Origin: Guillardia theta CCMP2712
Taxonomy: Eukaryota; Protista; Cryptophyta
NCBI RefSeq assembly: GCF_000315625.1
Contig: NW_005434597.1
Coordinates: forward strand, 253,610-317,609
DNA length: 64,000 nucleotides
Direction of reading: 5' to 3'
The position numbers and the translations under genes were made by a program. Of the stretch, positions 1-17,533 are shown piece by piece. Under the pieces are notes generated by a model. The model saw only the letters and a program-made list of their open reading frames with translations. It was not told the origin of the DNA and searched no databases. The stretch's first letter is position 1. Each line of letters begins with the position of its first letter.

Positions 1-48
1 GGAGCAGGGAGCAGGGAGCAGGGAGCAGGGAGCAGGAGCAGGGAGCAG

Positions 49-105
<57 letters not shown>

Positions 106-117
106 CAGCAGGAGCAA
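1..117. repeat. (GGAGCA/GGGAGCA)n microsatellite
   Basis: Direct 6-7 bp tandem units at the window start. Confidence 0.95.
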
Positions 118-845
118 GGAAAGGCTGGCAAGCATCCTACAATCTGGTCTCCAATCACCCTCTCGTACCCCCGGCGGCCTGAGATATGGTGGGTCATTCG
201 TTGGGGTGGGTAAGAGGAAGAGGTCGTGGAAAGTCAGGAGGAAGACGCCGGGGGGTAGGGGTGGTTTAGGGTAAGTGAATCGATTACTACCGGTGGTGAT
301 TAAAAGTTAATTTAAAGTTAAATTTGATGTACCCGTGACCCACCTCTTTCGTCTATGCCTACCACCTTGTCTGTAGGGAGGTCTCTAGGACACTTGTACT
401 TTGGATGACCCACCCCCTCTATGTTTTTTTAACCCCTGCGAAAGCCTTCAGGAGCACCCGTGTCGTGTCCCTCCCTCGGAAATTATTATCGTCAACGTCT
501 GTTGAAGTCTTCAAGACCCCAGCAATAAAATATTGCAAGAACCCTGAGCACTGAGCAATAGAATATTGAAAATCGCTAAGTATTCAGCAATAAAACGCGA
601 GGTCTTCACGGCTGGCAATGAAGAGATCTATTGAAATCGACATAGTTTTTGTGAGGAGCTCTTTTTCTTCAGTTGCACCTCTCAACCCTCTCGGCCTCTT
701 CTCTCTCAAAGCGTCACTTGTGACCCCGGGCCCCTACTGACCCTCCTGACCCCCCCGCTGTGACTGCCACGGGTGGGTCCCGATCGGATCTTCGGAGCTC
801 CGAAACTACCGGGGTTGACTGATGAGATGACAGTGACTACTACTG

Positions 846-875
846 GTACTGATTTTTAACTTACCTTTGAGTAAA
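846..875 (+). repeat. Copy 1 of dispersed 30-bp intergenic motif (GTACTGATTTTTAACTTACCTTTGAGTAAA)
   Basis: Near-identical to 20529-20558, 57583-57612 and the reverse complement at 57506-57536. Confidence 0.85.
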
Positions 876-1183
876 AATTGTGATCACTACAGGCGCACCG
901 TTTAACTCAAAGTACAGGCAGAACACCGGAGGCCTTAAGTTTAGCAGTTCAGTCACTGTCACCGGGCCGATCGGAAGTCCAGGATAAGGGGCTCAGTCCG
1001 ATCTAGTTTACTCAACTTGATGGTTCTCGTCCGACTTTCCAGCACCGCCGCCAGCTCAGGCTTGACCGTGTGATCCGGCGGGACCGGCGGGCCGGGCCTC
1101 GAGTCGCGACCGGGGGCTCGGGGCCGCCCGCCGGTCCGGCGGCCGCGGCGGGCCGGACCAGATGAGACTTACCGTGAAGAGAG

Positions 1184-3392
<2,209 letters not shown>

Positions 3393-3617
3393 GAAGAAGC
3401 AACAAGAAATAAAAACACTTGGAAAGGAAATGAAGGGAAGAAAAGGAAAAGTCAACTCAAGGGGAGCAAAGAACACAGAGAACGGAAAGGAGAGAGGGGA
3501 GGGGAGGAAGAGAGAGAGAGAATGGAAAAGACGGGATAGACCAGAGAGAGGACAGAAGGGAAGGGAACAAAAGGAAAGGAAGGGATCGACAGGGTAAAAC
3601 AGTCAATATCAGATGAT

Positions 3618-5030
3618 TCAATTAGTTTTATTTGTTGACATTTCACAACTTATCTTCTTCAACTCGAAGCTGCTGGGGAGAACTTGTAGCTGCTTGAACT
3701 TGTGGTTGGTCTCGACAAACTGATAAATCATCATCATTGTCACCACAACCACCACTCTCTCTAACATCTTAATCACTCCTCCTCCTCCTCCTCTCCACGA
3801 AATCATTTCTATCTTCACCATCTAAAATTTCTACCATCCTCATCGCCTCCGTTGTTGCTGACCTCTTGCCAAAAAGCTTCTTGTACACTCGAGGCTCGCT
3901 ATATCTCCGCTGAAAGTGATAGCCGGAGTGCGAGGACGAAGAGGAAGTCTGCGGTCTGCGAGGAGAGAGGAAACTGGCGTGATGTCCGGGAGTAGAGAGG
4001 ACGGAGCTATCCTCAAGCGAGTTTTCTGGCAGAAAGGATTCGTATGCCCTCTGCGGTCCTGGGCAGAAGAAGGAATAAGGAGGAAAGAGACCGAAGGACG
4101 AACGTTGTCTCGAAGTATGTGGAAGAGTTTGAAACCGGTGAAATTGAAACAGGGAGGAGCGACAGTACGCGACATGACAAGTGGGTCAAATAGGGAGGAG
4201 AGGACGAGAAGAGAGGAGAGGAGGAGTGAAGAGGAGGAGAAGAAAAGGACGACGTGCTGTACGGCGCTAGCACAAAACCGTCCCTCGAGTCACTTACCCG
4301 TGCTCATGAAGCTGCGATTCTCTTCGTCTTTCACCTTCTCCAACTTTCCTCTGATACCATCTCTGAACTTCTCCTGAGTCCAGATTCAGATCAACTGCTC
4401 CCTGCTCCCTGCTCCCTGCTCCCTGCTCCCTGCTCCCTGCTCCCTGCTCCTCCCCTCTCCCCTCCTCCCTCCTCCCAATGGGATCTCCACTCACACTTCC
4501 TGATAGCGGCCACACCCAAGGACCGTCTGCCCCATAAATCTTCACTACCTGCACATGTTTGTCATCTCCCGCCATCCTCCATCTCTTCTTCCCAACCTTC
4601 CCCGGCATCGTGGGAGAGAGCATGGCCAGCCGCGCCGCAGCGTCGGTAGCCTGCGGACTTCCCGGCACTTCCTGCTAGAGTTCGATCAGCACAGAGAAGG
4701 ACAGGGTCTGGACTCAATGGCGGCCTTACATTCTCCCCTGAACGAGGGCAAGAGGGGATCCAGCTTCGAGTTTGCCTGGGAAACAAAACGCCTTCAGCTC
4801 AAAGGAGGGGGGGATGCAAGGAGTGACCTGTCGAACCTCCCAGGGGCCGGCATCTTCTTCCAGAAACTGCAGGGCAAGCAAATCATGCGCGATCGGCTGT
4901 TTGATACTTCCAACCGCCTCGAGCCCATTCTTTGCTCTCCTTTCCGTCCTTCCCCCTTCAGCGCTCAGGTGCGATCATCTGTCCTTCTCCCCTCTCCTCT
5001 GCTCGTTCTCGCCATACTCTTATCCTATCC
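3618..5030 (-). CDS. Hypothetical multi-exon protein (limits approximate)
   Basis: Minus strand shows regular GT...CAG introns of about 45-55 nt separating short exons (for example FLEEDAGPWEVRQ and ANSKLDPLLPSFRGE); no domain recognised. Confidence 0.35.
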
Positions 5031-5814
5031 GCAGAGTCTCCCCACAACCCCTGAGCCTGATCCTCCCCCTCCTTCTCATGCTTACCCGTCCGTCAATGGC
5101 CCGCCTTTCACCATTTTTTTACGTAGCTTTGCGGTCAAAAAGTACCCTACCTCCATCGTCTATAGTCTACTACCCACCCTATTGACTGAACTCATGAATC
5201 CGGGACCCCTCGTACAGTTTTTAAAAACTATTGTTTAAATACTATCACAAAATATTCCTCACAACAAATGATGGTACAGCTTTTTGTATAGTTTCATGTA
5301 TAAAATGCTATTTATGTATGTTTTTTATTTCTGTTTGTAGTGGATTTTCTGAAGGATTTTCTGCAGCGGTACCAGCAGCTGTACCTGCAGCTGTACCAAA
5401 ATTCTACTCTGGTCACCCATCATCTCCCAAAGTTGCGTCACCAGCGAAAATGGAGCGAAAATCCACTTCCGATGCTCCTGCTGCTCCTGCTGCTCCTCCT
5501 GCTGCTCCTGCTCCTGCTGCTAATGACCTTGCTTGTGCCAGTCAACTTTCTCCATCGAATCGCCTTCTTCATCCTCCTCTTGCTCCTGTTCCCCTTGTTC
5601 CTCCTGTTCCCCTTGTTCCTCCTGTTCGCTTTGTGTATATATATCCCCAGCTGCTCTCCTATCTGCTGCACCTGCCCTTTTTGATTTGGATCTTGCTGGG
5701 CATCTTGTCATACTCCCCCAGCTCTCTTCCTCACATTTAGCTCTCTACTTCCTCCTCGCGTCCTCTTCGTCTCCGTGACCTCTGACCTTCGCCAGGTGGT
5801 CCAGGCATATCGCC

Positions 5815-7824
5815 ATGTCTTCCTTCAGCAGCTTCCTCAGCTCTGCCAAGCAGATGGCGCAGCAGGTGCAGACTCAGGCGTGTTTGCTGCTCCGTGACTG
5901 GGAATGCAGGCGGTAGACAACGTGAAGCCCATGGCAGAGCGAGTGAAGGCGCAGGCGGCTAGCATTGACACAGTGAGAGAGTTGGGAAGGGAGCAGGAGG
6001 GGCTGACGATAAGGCAGTCAAAGATGAGGGAGACGGTCAGTCAGGTCGGGCACACTGCTAGCGAAGCGTTCTCACAGGCAAGGATGGTGGCGGAGCCTCA
6101 CCTGACTCAGGCAAGTGACTTAAGAAGCCTGAACAACTTGACCTCAGCTGACGTCGATGCAGGCGCGAGACTCCGCATGGCAGTTAGCGAACCAGCAGGC
6201 GAACAAGTTGTCCAAAGTGAGGGAGGGGAGGGAGAGGGGCGAGCGAGGAGATGGAGGGAGGGAAGGAGGGAGGGGAAGGGAGTGGAGGGAGGGACGGCAG
6301 CGAAGGAATAAGCGCGAGAAGAACGAGAGGAGAGAATGAGGGGAGTGGGAGGGGAGATAATGGAGCGAAGGCTGATGCAGCTGAGCAGGTGAACGCAAAG
6401 TCGCTGCTCAACTCCAACGCGAACTTCGGAGTTCCTTTGGACGCCCTATGCATGCGCGGCTCCTCCGGCGCAAACCCAGCAGAGATCCAGGTTAGAGATG
6501 GAAGGCGCAAAGGAGGAGAGGGAGGGAGGAGAAGGAATGGGCACAGGAGGAGTAAAGGGAGTAGGCTGGTTTCGGCTGGGCTGGAGGAGACGCAGGACGC
6601 ACGTTGACGACCCTACAGATTCCTGTGGTCCTTGAAATGATGCTTGCTGACTTAGAGAAGAGATCGCAATACCTCAGCCCTTCTACACGTAAGGAGAGGG
6701 AAGGAGAGGAGAGGAGAGGGGAAAGATGGAGACGAGACGAGGAGAGGAAGGGTTACGAGGAGAAGGAAGAGCTGACCTCCACTGTGGCAGAGAAAGGAGC
6801 GAAGCTTTTCAGCATCTCAGGCGATCAGGAGGAGGTCAAGTCGCTTGCTAAGGTCTCACCGGCGTTTCTTCTTGTGGTACTTACGAACATGTCAGGCAAT
6901 GGACACAAACTTGTCGGTTGTCACTCTAGAGACTCAAGACGTTCATGTCATCGCCTCCCTCCTCCGCCTATGGTCCTCCCCTTCCTCCTATCCACTCAGC
7001 CTTGCTCCCCCTCAATGTACTTCCTCCCCATCTCAACTTGCAGCAGGTTGATTCAGCTCCCTGAGCCTCTCCTCACCTACAGCAAGTACAACGACATCGT
7101 CACTGGTTGCCCTCCGTCCCCCCTTCATCCTTGCTCGTAACTCTCTATGCAGCCTGCAAGGCGGAGGACCAAGGGAAGGCGCTTTCCGCGATCTTTGCTA
7201 CCTTGCCGCGATCAAAGTGACAGCTCCTCCCTCCTCCTCTTGCTCGTCATCTCACGTCTTCGTCCTCCCCATCCCCCCCTCCCCTCCCTTTGTTCTTGTT
7301 CTTGACAACCAAGTACATCAGCTGGATCACAACTCAACGGCTCCTCAAGTTCCTGAGCGTGATGATCAGCAAGGTGACTCGTCCCTTCTTCTCTGTGCGT
7401 TGAGCTCTCTTGCTTAGGACAGCAGCATGACTCCGATCATCGCCGTCGCCTTCGGGCCGGCTATGCTCCGTCCCAAGAGGAGGTAGACACAACCTCCCTC
7501 CTCTCGTTCCTCCTGACTGCCGGACAACAGGGAAGGACAGCTCAGAAGCCTCCTCGAAGACTTGTGGGTCTTTATCTCCTCCTCCTACTCCTCACTCTCC
7601 GTCCAGGCCTCTCATCACTGACTCCATCGAGTGCATCCTGGCCAACGTCGACAAGGCGTTTGCCAAGGACAATGAACCTGCAGAGGAAGAGCCGCAGGTT
7701 CCTCTCCCTTTCCCTCTTCCTCCTCCCCCATATTCCCTCCCCCACCAGCTTTCTGTCCCTTTCCTCCTCTTACACACACGGGCAGATCTGGGGAGGCGTT
7801 GAGCAGCAGGAAGAAGCGGAGTGA
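5815..7824 (+). CDS. RhoGAP-domain protein (arginine finger apparently absent)
   Basis: Spliced motifs FGVPLDAL, IPVVLEMML, LFSISG, DVHVIASLLRLW-LIQLPEPLLTY and AVAFGPAMLRP. Confidence 0.8.
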
Positions 7825-7903
7825 AGGGACCGGCACTAGCACACGAAGCTGTAATGTCCTGTAAATCTCCTCCTGCTTCACCGTCCTGCGATTCTCCTCC
7901 ACC

Positions 7904-11354
<3,451 letters not shown>

Positions 11355-11929
11355 GTTGACACTTCTACTTTCTTTTGCTGTGCCTTACCAACAGCAAAGT
11401 TAGGAACTACAATCCAGTTGTTTGTTTTCGACTGGTTCGTATTGGTGAATACTGTGAATCCTGCATTGGAGGTAGTCAGTCACATGGATCATGTTTCATC
11501 AAGGATTCTCCAACTGCTTGAATGTTCTCTTGAGAGTGTGTAGACCAGGACGACACACAACAAAGACAAATTGATACACCTCGCATACAGTAGGTTGGTG
11601 TCCACAGGAAAAAAATCTGTGAGAATGAAGATTTGCACAAGCAAACACTTTGAATTTGCCTGTTGACATCAAACAAGGATGAAGCTACAAAAGCATACCA
11701 ACAGCATTCTAGACTTGAATTCTAAATGGAACGCATCCTTCATGTATGTGCTGGTGGGAGAGTGAGGTAAAGGGAGTTGAGCGGGTGAAACGATGAGGAG
11801 CCGAGGCAGCTGTAGGAGCTTCATGAGCTGAAACTTGGAGCTGCTATGGTGATGATGGGATAGAATGTACATGACGGCGTGTCCTCATACTCCTACCTGC
11901 TGCTGGGCTGGTTGGAGGCAGAGGCGGCT

Positions 11930-13200
11930 AGAGCATGGCAGGGGCTGAGCCGTGTTCCAATTCCCTGAGGGGGTACAATCCAGGGGTAGTGGACGACATC
12001 GAGTTGGTGGGGTGGAACATTTTCAGGGTCCAATATCGATGGGTACCTCTTGACCACCACAAGGGGTGGGTACTTGAAAGGAATTATACGGGTGAAGTAG
12101 ACTACACCGGGTCAGGAATTTGATGGGTACCGGTGTACCAATCTTGGTATAGGGGTCCAAGCCGATCTGTGTTGATGGAGATCAAAGGGGTACCTCATGG
12201 AATGGATTTGAGTGGGGTAGTTTGAAAAGAAGGGGTAATTTCGAAAAGGGTTCTCAATTTTATCCACTGAGGGTGGGTACTTAATTATCAAAAATAGGGG
12301 TACGGTCAGAACGATATGGATCTGAATACGAGGGGTCTGAATGTTGGGGGTCAATGTACGGGTGGGTGACATTGGCTAGCACTAGACCTGAGGGGGTATC
12401 AACGGCTGGAACCAGTTTCATATGGCTATGAAGACCGGTACTTTCTACGTGAAACTGTTGGGAAATAGGTAGGTAGGGGTGATCACCCCATCTGGAGACC
12501 AACGGATTGGGGAATCAACTTCAGTTCAAATTGATGACTTGATTTTCAAAATATTACCTCTAGCTTCAAACCGATGGGTTATAGTTGGGGCGGGCCCGGA
12601 CCCGGATTTGTATACAGTGCGGCACTGAGTGGACTCGTCGGACTCGGACTCCGGACTCGGACTCGGCGACCATGATACCGGCGCTATCCCGGCGGCCCGG
12701 CGGCGTGGACCCTATCCGGTCACACTCAGGTGACTCACCGTTCAACGGTTAGTGACCGTCCGACTAGTCTAGCCTCTACTAGCCCCGGCTAGCCTTCCGA
12801 AGCAGTTTACTCCGGCGAAGTCACTTAAATTAAAGATCAGTACGAGGACAGTCAGGAGAGACGGAGAGGCCGGGCTTGCCAACCGCCGTCGGAGGCTCAG
12901 CGGCTGACCCTGTCGCACTGGCCCGGCAAACGCCGGGCGCCGAGAAGAGAGCCTCGGAGCCTCGGAGCCTACTGAGCAGGCCGGCGGGACTCACTCGGAG
13001 TCGCGGACAGTCTCCGGGCCCCGGCGCTGGCGGACTCCGGCGTACTTCACGCCGGGTCGCCGGCCCCGCCGGGTAGCCGCGCTTCTGAGTCGACCGATCA
13101 CCGGGCCGGCGGGTCACCGGGCCTGTCACGGCAGTCACTGGGCCCCGCCACTGTCATGACGCTGGCATCGGGGGCCAACACAGACCGGCGACAGTACAGA
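11930..13200. other. Intergenic island: GGGGT/GGGTA-rich segment followed by a CpG- and palindrome-rich segment, including (GGACTC)n at about 12631-12666
   Basis: Abrupt compositional change, no intron/exon pattern, same architecture as the other intergenic islands in the window. Confidence 0.6.
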
Positions 13201-13588
13201 ATCTGATACGGTTGAAGTAGCAGGCTCGGTACGAGGAAAAAGTTGTATCGGGGGACGAGCCTTGGAGTCCGTGGCCTACTAGTCTCGAGATGCGCAGGGA
13301 TGTATCTGTATCGAGAGCGGCTCGGTTGTGAAACGACGAGGCAGCACGTCGATTGGTTACACCTCGTTGGCCGCCTTGTAACTTTACTACTAAGTTACAT
13401 ATCAAAACAAGCGGAGAGGATATCAACTTGAACGACTCTTCTAGAATCTCAGCACCAGTCGAGAAGATTCGAATCAAAGAAGGCGTAACTGCACTGACGC
13501 CCCCGCATGCCCTCAAGCGGCTGCTGCTTGTAAAGCTGCCGATCGAACCAATTTTCACGTACAACATTTTAAACAAACCCCCGTAAGT

Positions 13589-14115
13589 CCCCGTTCATCC
13601 TCTACTTGTACTCCCCGACATTCTCCTCTCCCCACCACATCCACTGCCACATCCTCCCGTCCTCCTCCTCATCGCCTCGTTGTCTTCGTCCTCCCTCCCC
13701 CCCTCCTGACCCCTGCCATGACCACACTCCCTACCCCCCGTTCTACCATCAAGATCGCTCACGTCTCCGCATGGTCAAGACCCTCCTCCTCCCGATCCCG
13801 CCCCGCCCTCTTGCCCTCTCCCGCCATCCCCGAAGAGGGCGGAAGGACGTCGATGAAGGCGGGGACGGGAGGCGCGCTAGTGCTGGGGAGCGTGATGGCA
13901 GCGAGGAGGAAAGCGCTGGCCAGCAGGACGATCGAGGAGGGCGGCGATGAGAAGACCCTGCTGCGATAAGCTGAGCAACTCCAAGTGAGAACAGAAAGAA
14001 AGGAAGAGAAGAAGTGTAGATAGGCACGTGTAAAGTAGGATGTTAGAATAAAGCAAGAGCTGAAAGACAGGCTGTTTGCTCCTTCGACAAACTGCCCCAC
14101 GAAAGTGCACTCGTC
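13589..14115 (+). repeat. Third, more diverged copy of the element forming the arms of the 15739-17392 palindrome
   Basis: Colinear with about 16680-17155; the core 13700-13945 is nearly identical and encodes the same small ORFs (MTTLPTPRSTIKIAH..., MVKTLLLP...). Confidence 0.9.
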
Positions 14116-14546
14116 GCTCAGTAACTGTAAAACCCCGTCATCGTTTCTGTATCATGCGACTTGTTTTGGTCATCTCGCTCTCCCTGCAACAGCGCACGAC
14201 TCAGCCATGGTTGTTGATGGGAGGCCAGCATCACGTAAGTTGCAAGGCAGAGGGGGAAAATGCAAATTTACGTGCTTGAGTGGGATGATTCAGTGATGCA
14301 CAACAGGAAGGGTCACTTCATTCTATGTTCAAGGAACCATGAATGAGCGTTCAGACTGTTCTGTATCGGTTTGCTGACATTGTAAAACTGCCGTTAGACA
14401 GATAAAGATGGTCAAGTCCTCAGTCCATCATGTCTTGCCTGTTCCAGCTCTTCCGTCTTGTCTTCCCCTTGCATCTTGTTCCCTGAAAGGATTGCCACCA
14501 CGCACTGCTGCACAATAAGTCGCACAGGCGAGTATGTCCTTGCATC

Positions 14547-15189
14547 AGAGTGTCCCTAGCACAGCGAGCTCAACTCAGACTGGACCTACCCGAGGTAAGG
14601 GACAGCAAGGCTAGGCTTAGCCTTGATCGTCAACAAAGTCAGGCAATGGCCTCTCAGAGGACTGAAAGCATACGCCTTGGTAGCGAAGGTGGAGGCGCGA
14701 AGCTTGATACTACCGTAGTGTCACACCTCGAAGCTTTATGGGTTGCTGACGTCTGCCGCGAATGCTCAAGGCAACTCTGCTGGATCACACGTGAAGGTGA
14801 AGTGCAGTGATGTCGATTATACTGGCGATGCTAGATCAGCGTGAAGGTGAAGTGCAGTGATGTCGATTATACTGGCGATGCTAGATCAGCGTGGCATCCA
14901 ACATGACGAGAAACAGACCGTTGTAGCTGAAGAGGCTGATCCTTATACATCAGCTTCTGCTCCACTTCTTACCAAGAGTGATGGCCGAAACCACCCGTAC
15001 TGATGAGGCTCTCTCTCTCTCGGCCACCAGGGGTCATTCACCTCTTGAGAGCCGTTGTATGCCTCCAGTCCTCTGAGAGGCCGTTGCCTGACTTTGTTGA
15101 CGATCAAGGCTAAGCCTAGCCTTGAGTGCTGTCCCTTACCCTGGGTAGGTCCAGTCTGAGTTGAGCTCGCTGTGCTAGGGCTGTACTCT
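14547..15189. mobile_element. Foldback/MITE-like element with ~125-bp inverted arms (14547-14673 / 15057-15189)
   Basis: CCCTAGCACAGCGAGCTCAACTCAGACTGGACCTACCC... recurs as its reverse complement ending at 15180; no transposase or clear TSD seen. Confidence 0.6.
14791..14893. repeat. Perfect 50-bp tandem duplication
   Basis: GTGAAGGTGAAGTGCAGTGATGTCGATTATACTGGCGATGCTAGATCAGC occurs twice in tandem. Confidence 0.95.
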
Positions 15190-15738
15190 CTCAAAAGACT
15201 TCGCTATCAACTTGCTGACGATTCTTGTCATCTGACTCTTGCTCACGAATCTTTCAGACTCTGCTCTGATACACTCCACAGCCGCTGCTTCTGCTAGTCT
15301 GCCAGCTTAGGACGTACTAAGCACGACTCCCAGAGCGATGAGTCTGCTTGAATGAAGTCAAGCATGACTTCAGGAAGGGAACGGCGTGAAGGTCGGCGAC
15401 CGTACGCGTATCATGACGTTCCACAGCATTGCCTCGCAAGGCACGCTGCTAGAAAGGGTACACAAACAGCCAGTGCCAGTGGCCTCTGCCGTGTCTTGAG
15501 AACTTGAAGTAGCAACTGACACACGGTTGCCACAGGGTTCATGTAAACATGCTTGCCATGTGATCGCATCACATGTGGCGACTGTCCTGCGATCTCCATG
15601 CGCCGGAGAACGCGATCTCATTGGACAGCTGTGAATCGGAGTCTCTGCTAGACCTCCTCTTCAATCTTGGCGGCAGTCTCGTCGCGGCCAAATGTACAGG
15701 TGAAGGTTAACAACTCCTGATGGTGCATCCGCTCCGAG

Positions 15739-17392
15739 GGGGTGAGACACGCTCCCTCCACCCATGTCAACCCACAAGAACCACCGCACCATCTCGACCA
15801 TCGAGTCTTTGAAAGGAGTGCATAAAGGCAATACCCTTTCATGAGCAAACGCAACCAACGCAAGACTGCGAGGAGCTGCGGTGATGGCTGACGTCATGGT
15901 CGTCGTGCGTCCGCTTGAGGGCAGCACGAGACATTCTCGTTGAGCCCTCACCTCCTGTACCCGCGGTCAGGTCGTGAGTGCACTCGCTCGATGATGTACA
16001 GCTTGTATTGCATGCTAGTTTACACGTGCCTATCTACACCTCTCTGTCCTTGTCCTCCGTCGGCGAGTCTATGTCTGTGCATGGGTCTCCGTCGCGTCAG
16101 TTATCATAGCAGCCCCTCCTCGCCGCCCTCCTCGATCGTCCTGCTGGCCAGCGCTTTCCTCCTCGCTGCCATCACGCTCCCCAGCACTAGCGCGCCTCCC
16201 GTCCCAGCCTTCCTCGACGTCCTTCCGCCCTCTTCGGGGGTGGCGGGAGAGGGCAAGAGGGCGGGGTGGGGCGGGGAGGAGGAGGGTCTTGACCATGCGG
16301 AGACGTGAGCGATCTTGATGGTAGAACGGGGGGTAGGGAGTGGGGTCATGGTAGGGAATCAGGAGGGGGGGAGGGAGGGCGTGTGTGGACAGCGAGGCGA
16401 TGAGGAGGAGGTGGGGGAGGTGCTGTGGGTTTAGCAGACGGAGACTTCCCCCGGGCCCTCGTGATCAAGAGCTTTAGAGTTTGTTGATGCGTTGAGAGAT
16501 CGTGTTTGCTGACTGTCACTCTATAGTTTGCAACCTTTTTAGACCAGTCAGAAGCTTTCCTGGGGCATGGAGTGACAGTCAGCAACTCGTCTAGAAGGAC
16601 GACCAACGAGGTCACTTGTCCCCTCAAGGGCTCCAGTGGACAAAATCAACAACAACCCCATTTTAAAGTCCTTCAAACACCCCGTTCATCCTCTACTACT
16701 TGCACCACATCCTCCCGTCCTCCTCCTCATCGCCTCGCTGTCCACACACGCCCTCCCTCCCCCCCTCCTGACCCCTGCCATGACCACACTCCCTACCCCC
16801 CGTTCTACCATCAAGATCGCTCACGTCTCCGCATGGTCAAGACCCTCCTCCTCCCCGCCCCACCCCGCCCTCTTGCCCTCTCCCGCCACCCCCGAAGAGG
16901 GCGGAAGGACGTCGAGGAAGGCTGGGACGGGAGGCGCGCTAGTGCTGGGGAGCGTGATGGCAGCGAGGAGGAAAGCGCTGGCCAGCAGGACGATCGAGGA
17001 GGGCGGCGAGGAGGGGCTGCTATGATAACTGACGCGACGGAGACCCATGCACAGACATAGACTCGCCGACGGAGGACAAGGACAGAGAGGTGTAGATAGG
17101 CACGTGTAAACTAGCATGCAATACAAGCTGTACATCATCGAGCGAGTGCACTCACGACCTGACCGCGGGTACAGGAGGTGAGGGCTCAACGAGAATGTCT
17201 CGTGCTGCCCTCAAGCGGACGCACGACGACCATGACGACCATGACGACCTCAGCCATCACCGCAGCTCCTCGCAGTCTTGCGTTGGTTGCGTTTGCTCAT
17301 GAAAGGGTATTGCCTTTAGTCACTCCTTTCAAAGACTCGATGGTCGAGATGGTGCGGTGGTTCTTGTGGGTGGAGGGAGCGTGTCACACCCC
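15739..17392. repeat. Long inverted duplication, arms about 670 bp (15739-16411 / 16719-17392), spacer about 307 bp
   Basis: Identical 122-aa ORFs on opposite strands (15940..16308 + and 16821..17189 -); the arms differ by only a few substitutions and small indels. Confidence 0.95.
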
Positions 17393-17533
17393 GAAGCTTT
17401 ACGGTCGCAGACGTCTACAGTGAATGCTCAAGCATGCTGCTGGATCACACATAAAGGTGTAGCGCAGTGATTCAGCGGGATGCCTTGAGCATTCACTGCA
17501 GACGTCAACCCGTGAAGCTTCGGGGTGAGACAC
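17381..17533. mobile_element. 153-bp self-complementary hairpin/MITE-like element (termini GTGTCACACCCCGAAGCTT...AAGCTTCGGGGTGAGACAC)
   Basis: Imperfect stem of roughly 65-70 bp; a related half-copy lies at 14718-14812 and a lone terminus at 15739-15750. Confidence 0.65.

Noticed and set aside
14791-14893. CRISPR-like array
   Set aside because: Only two abutting copies with no spacers; eukaryotic context with no cas genes
15375-15450. RIMTFHSIA resembling the UvrD helicase TFHS motif
   Set aside because: Isolated 4-residue match with no Walker A or other helicase motifs nearby
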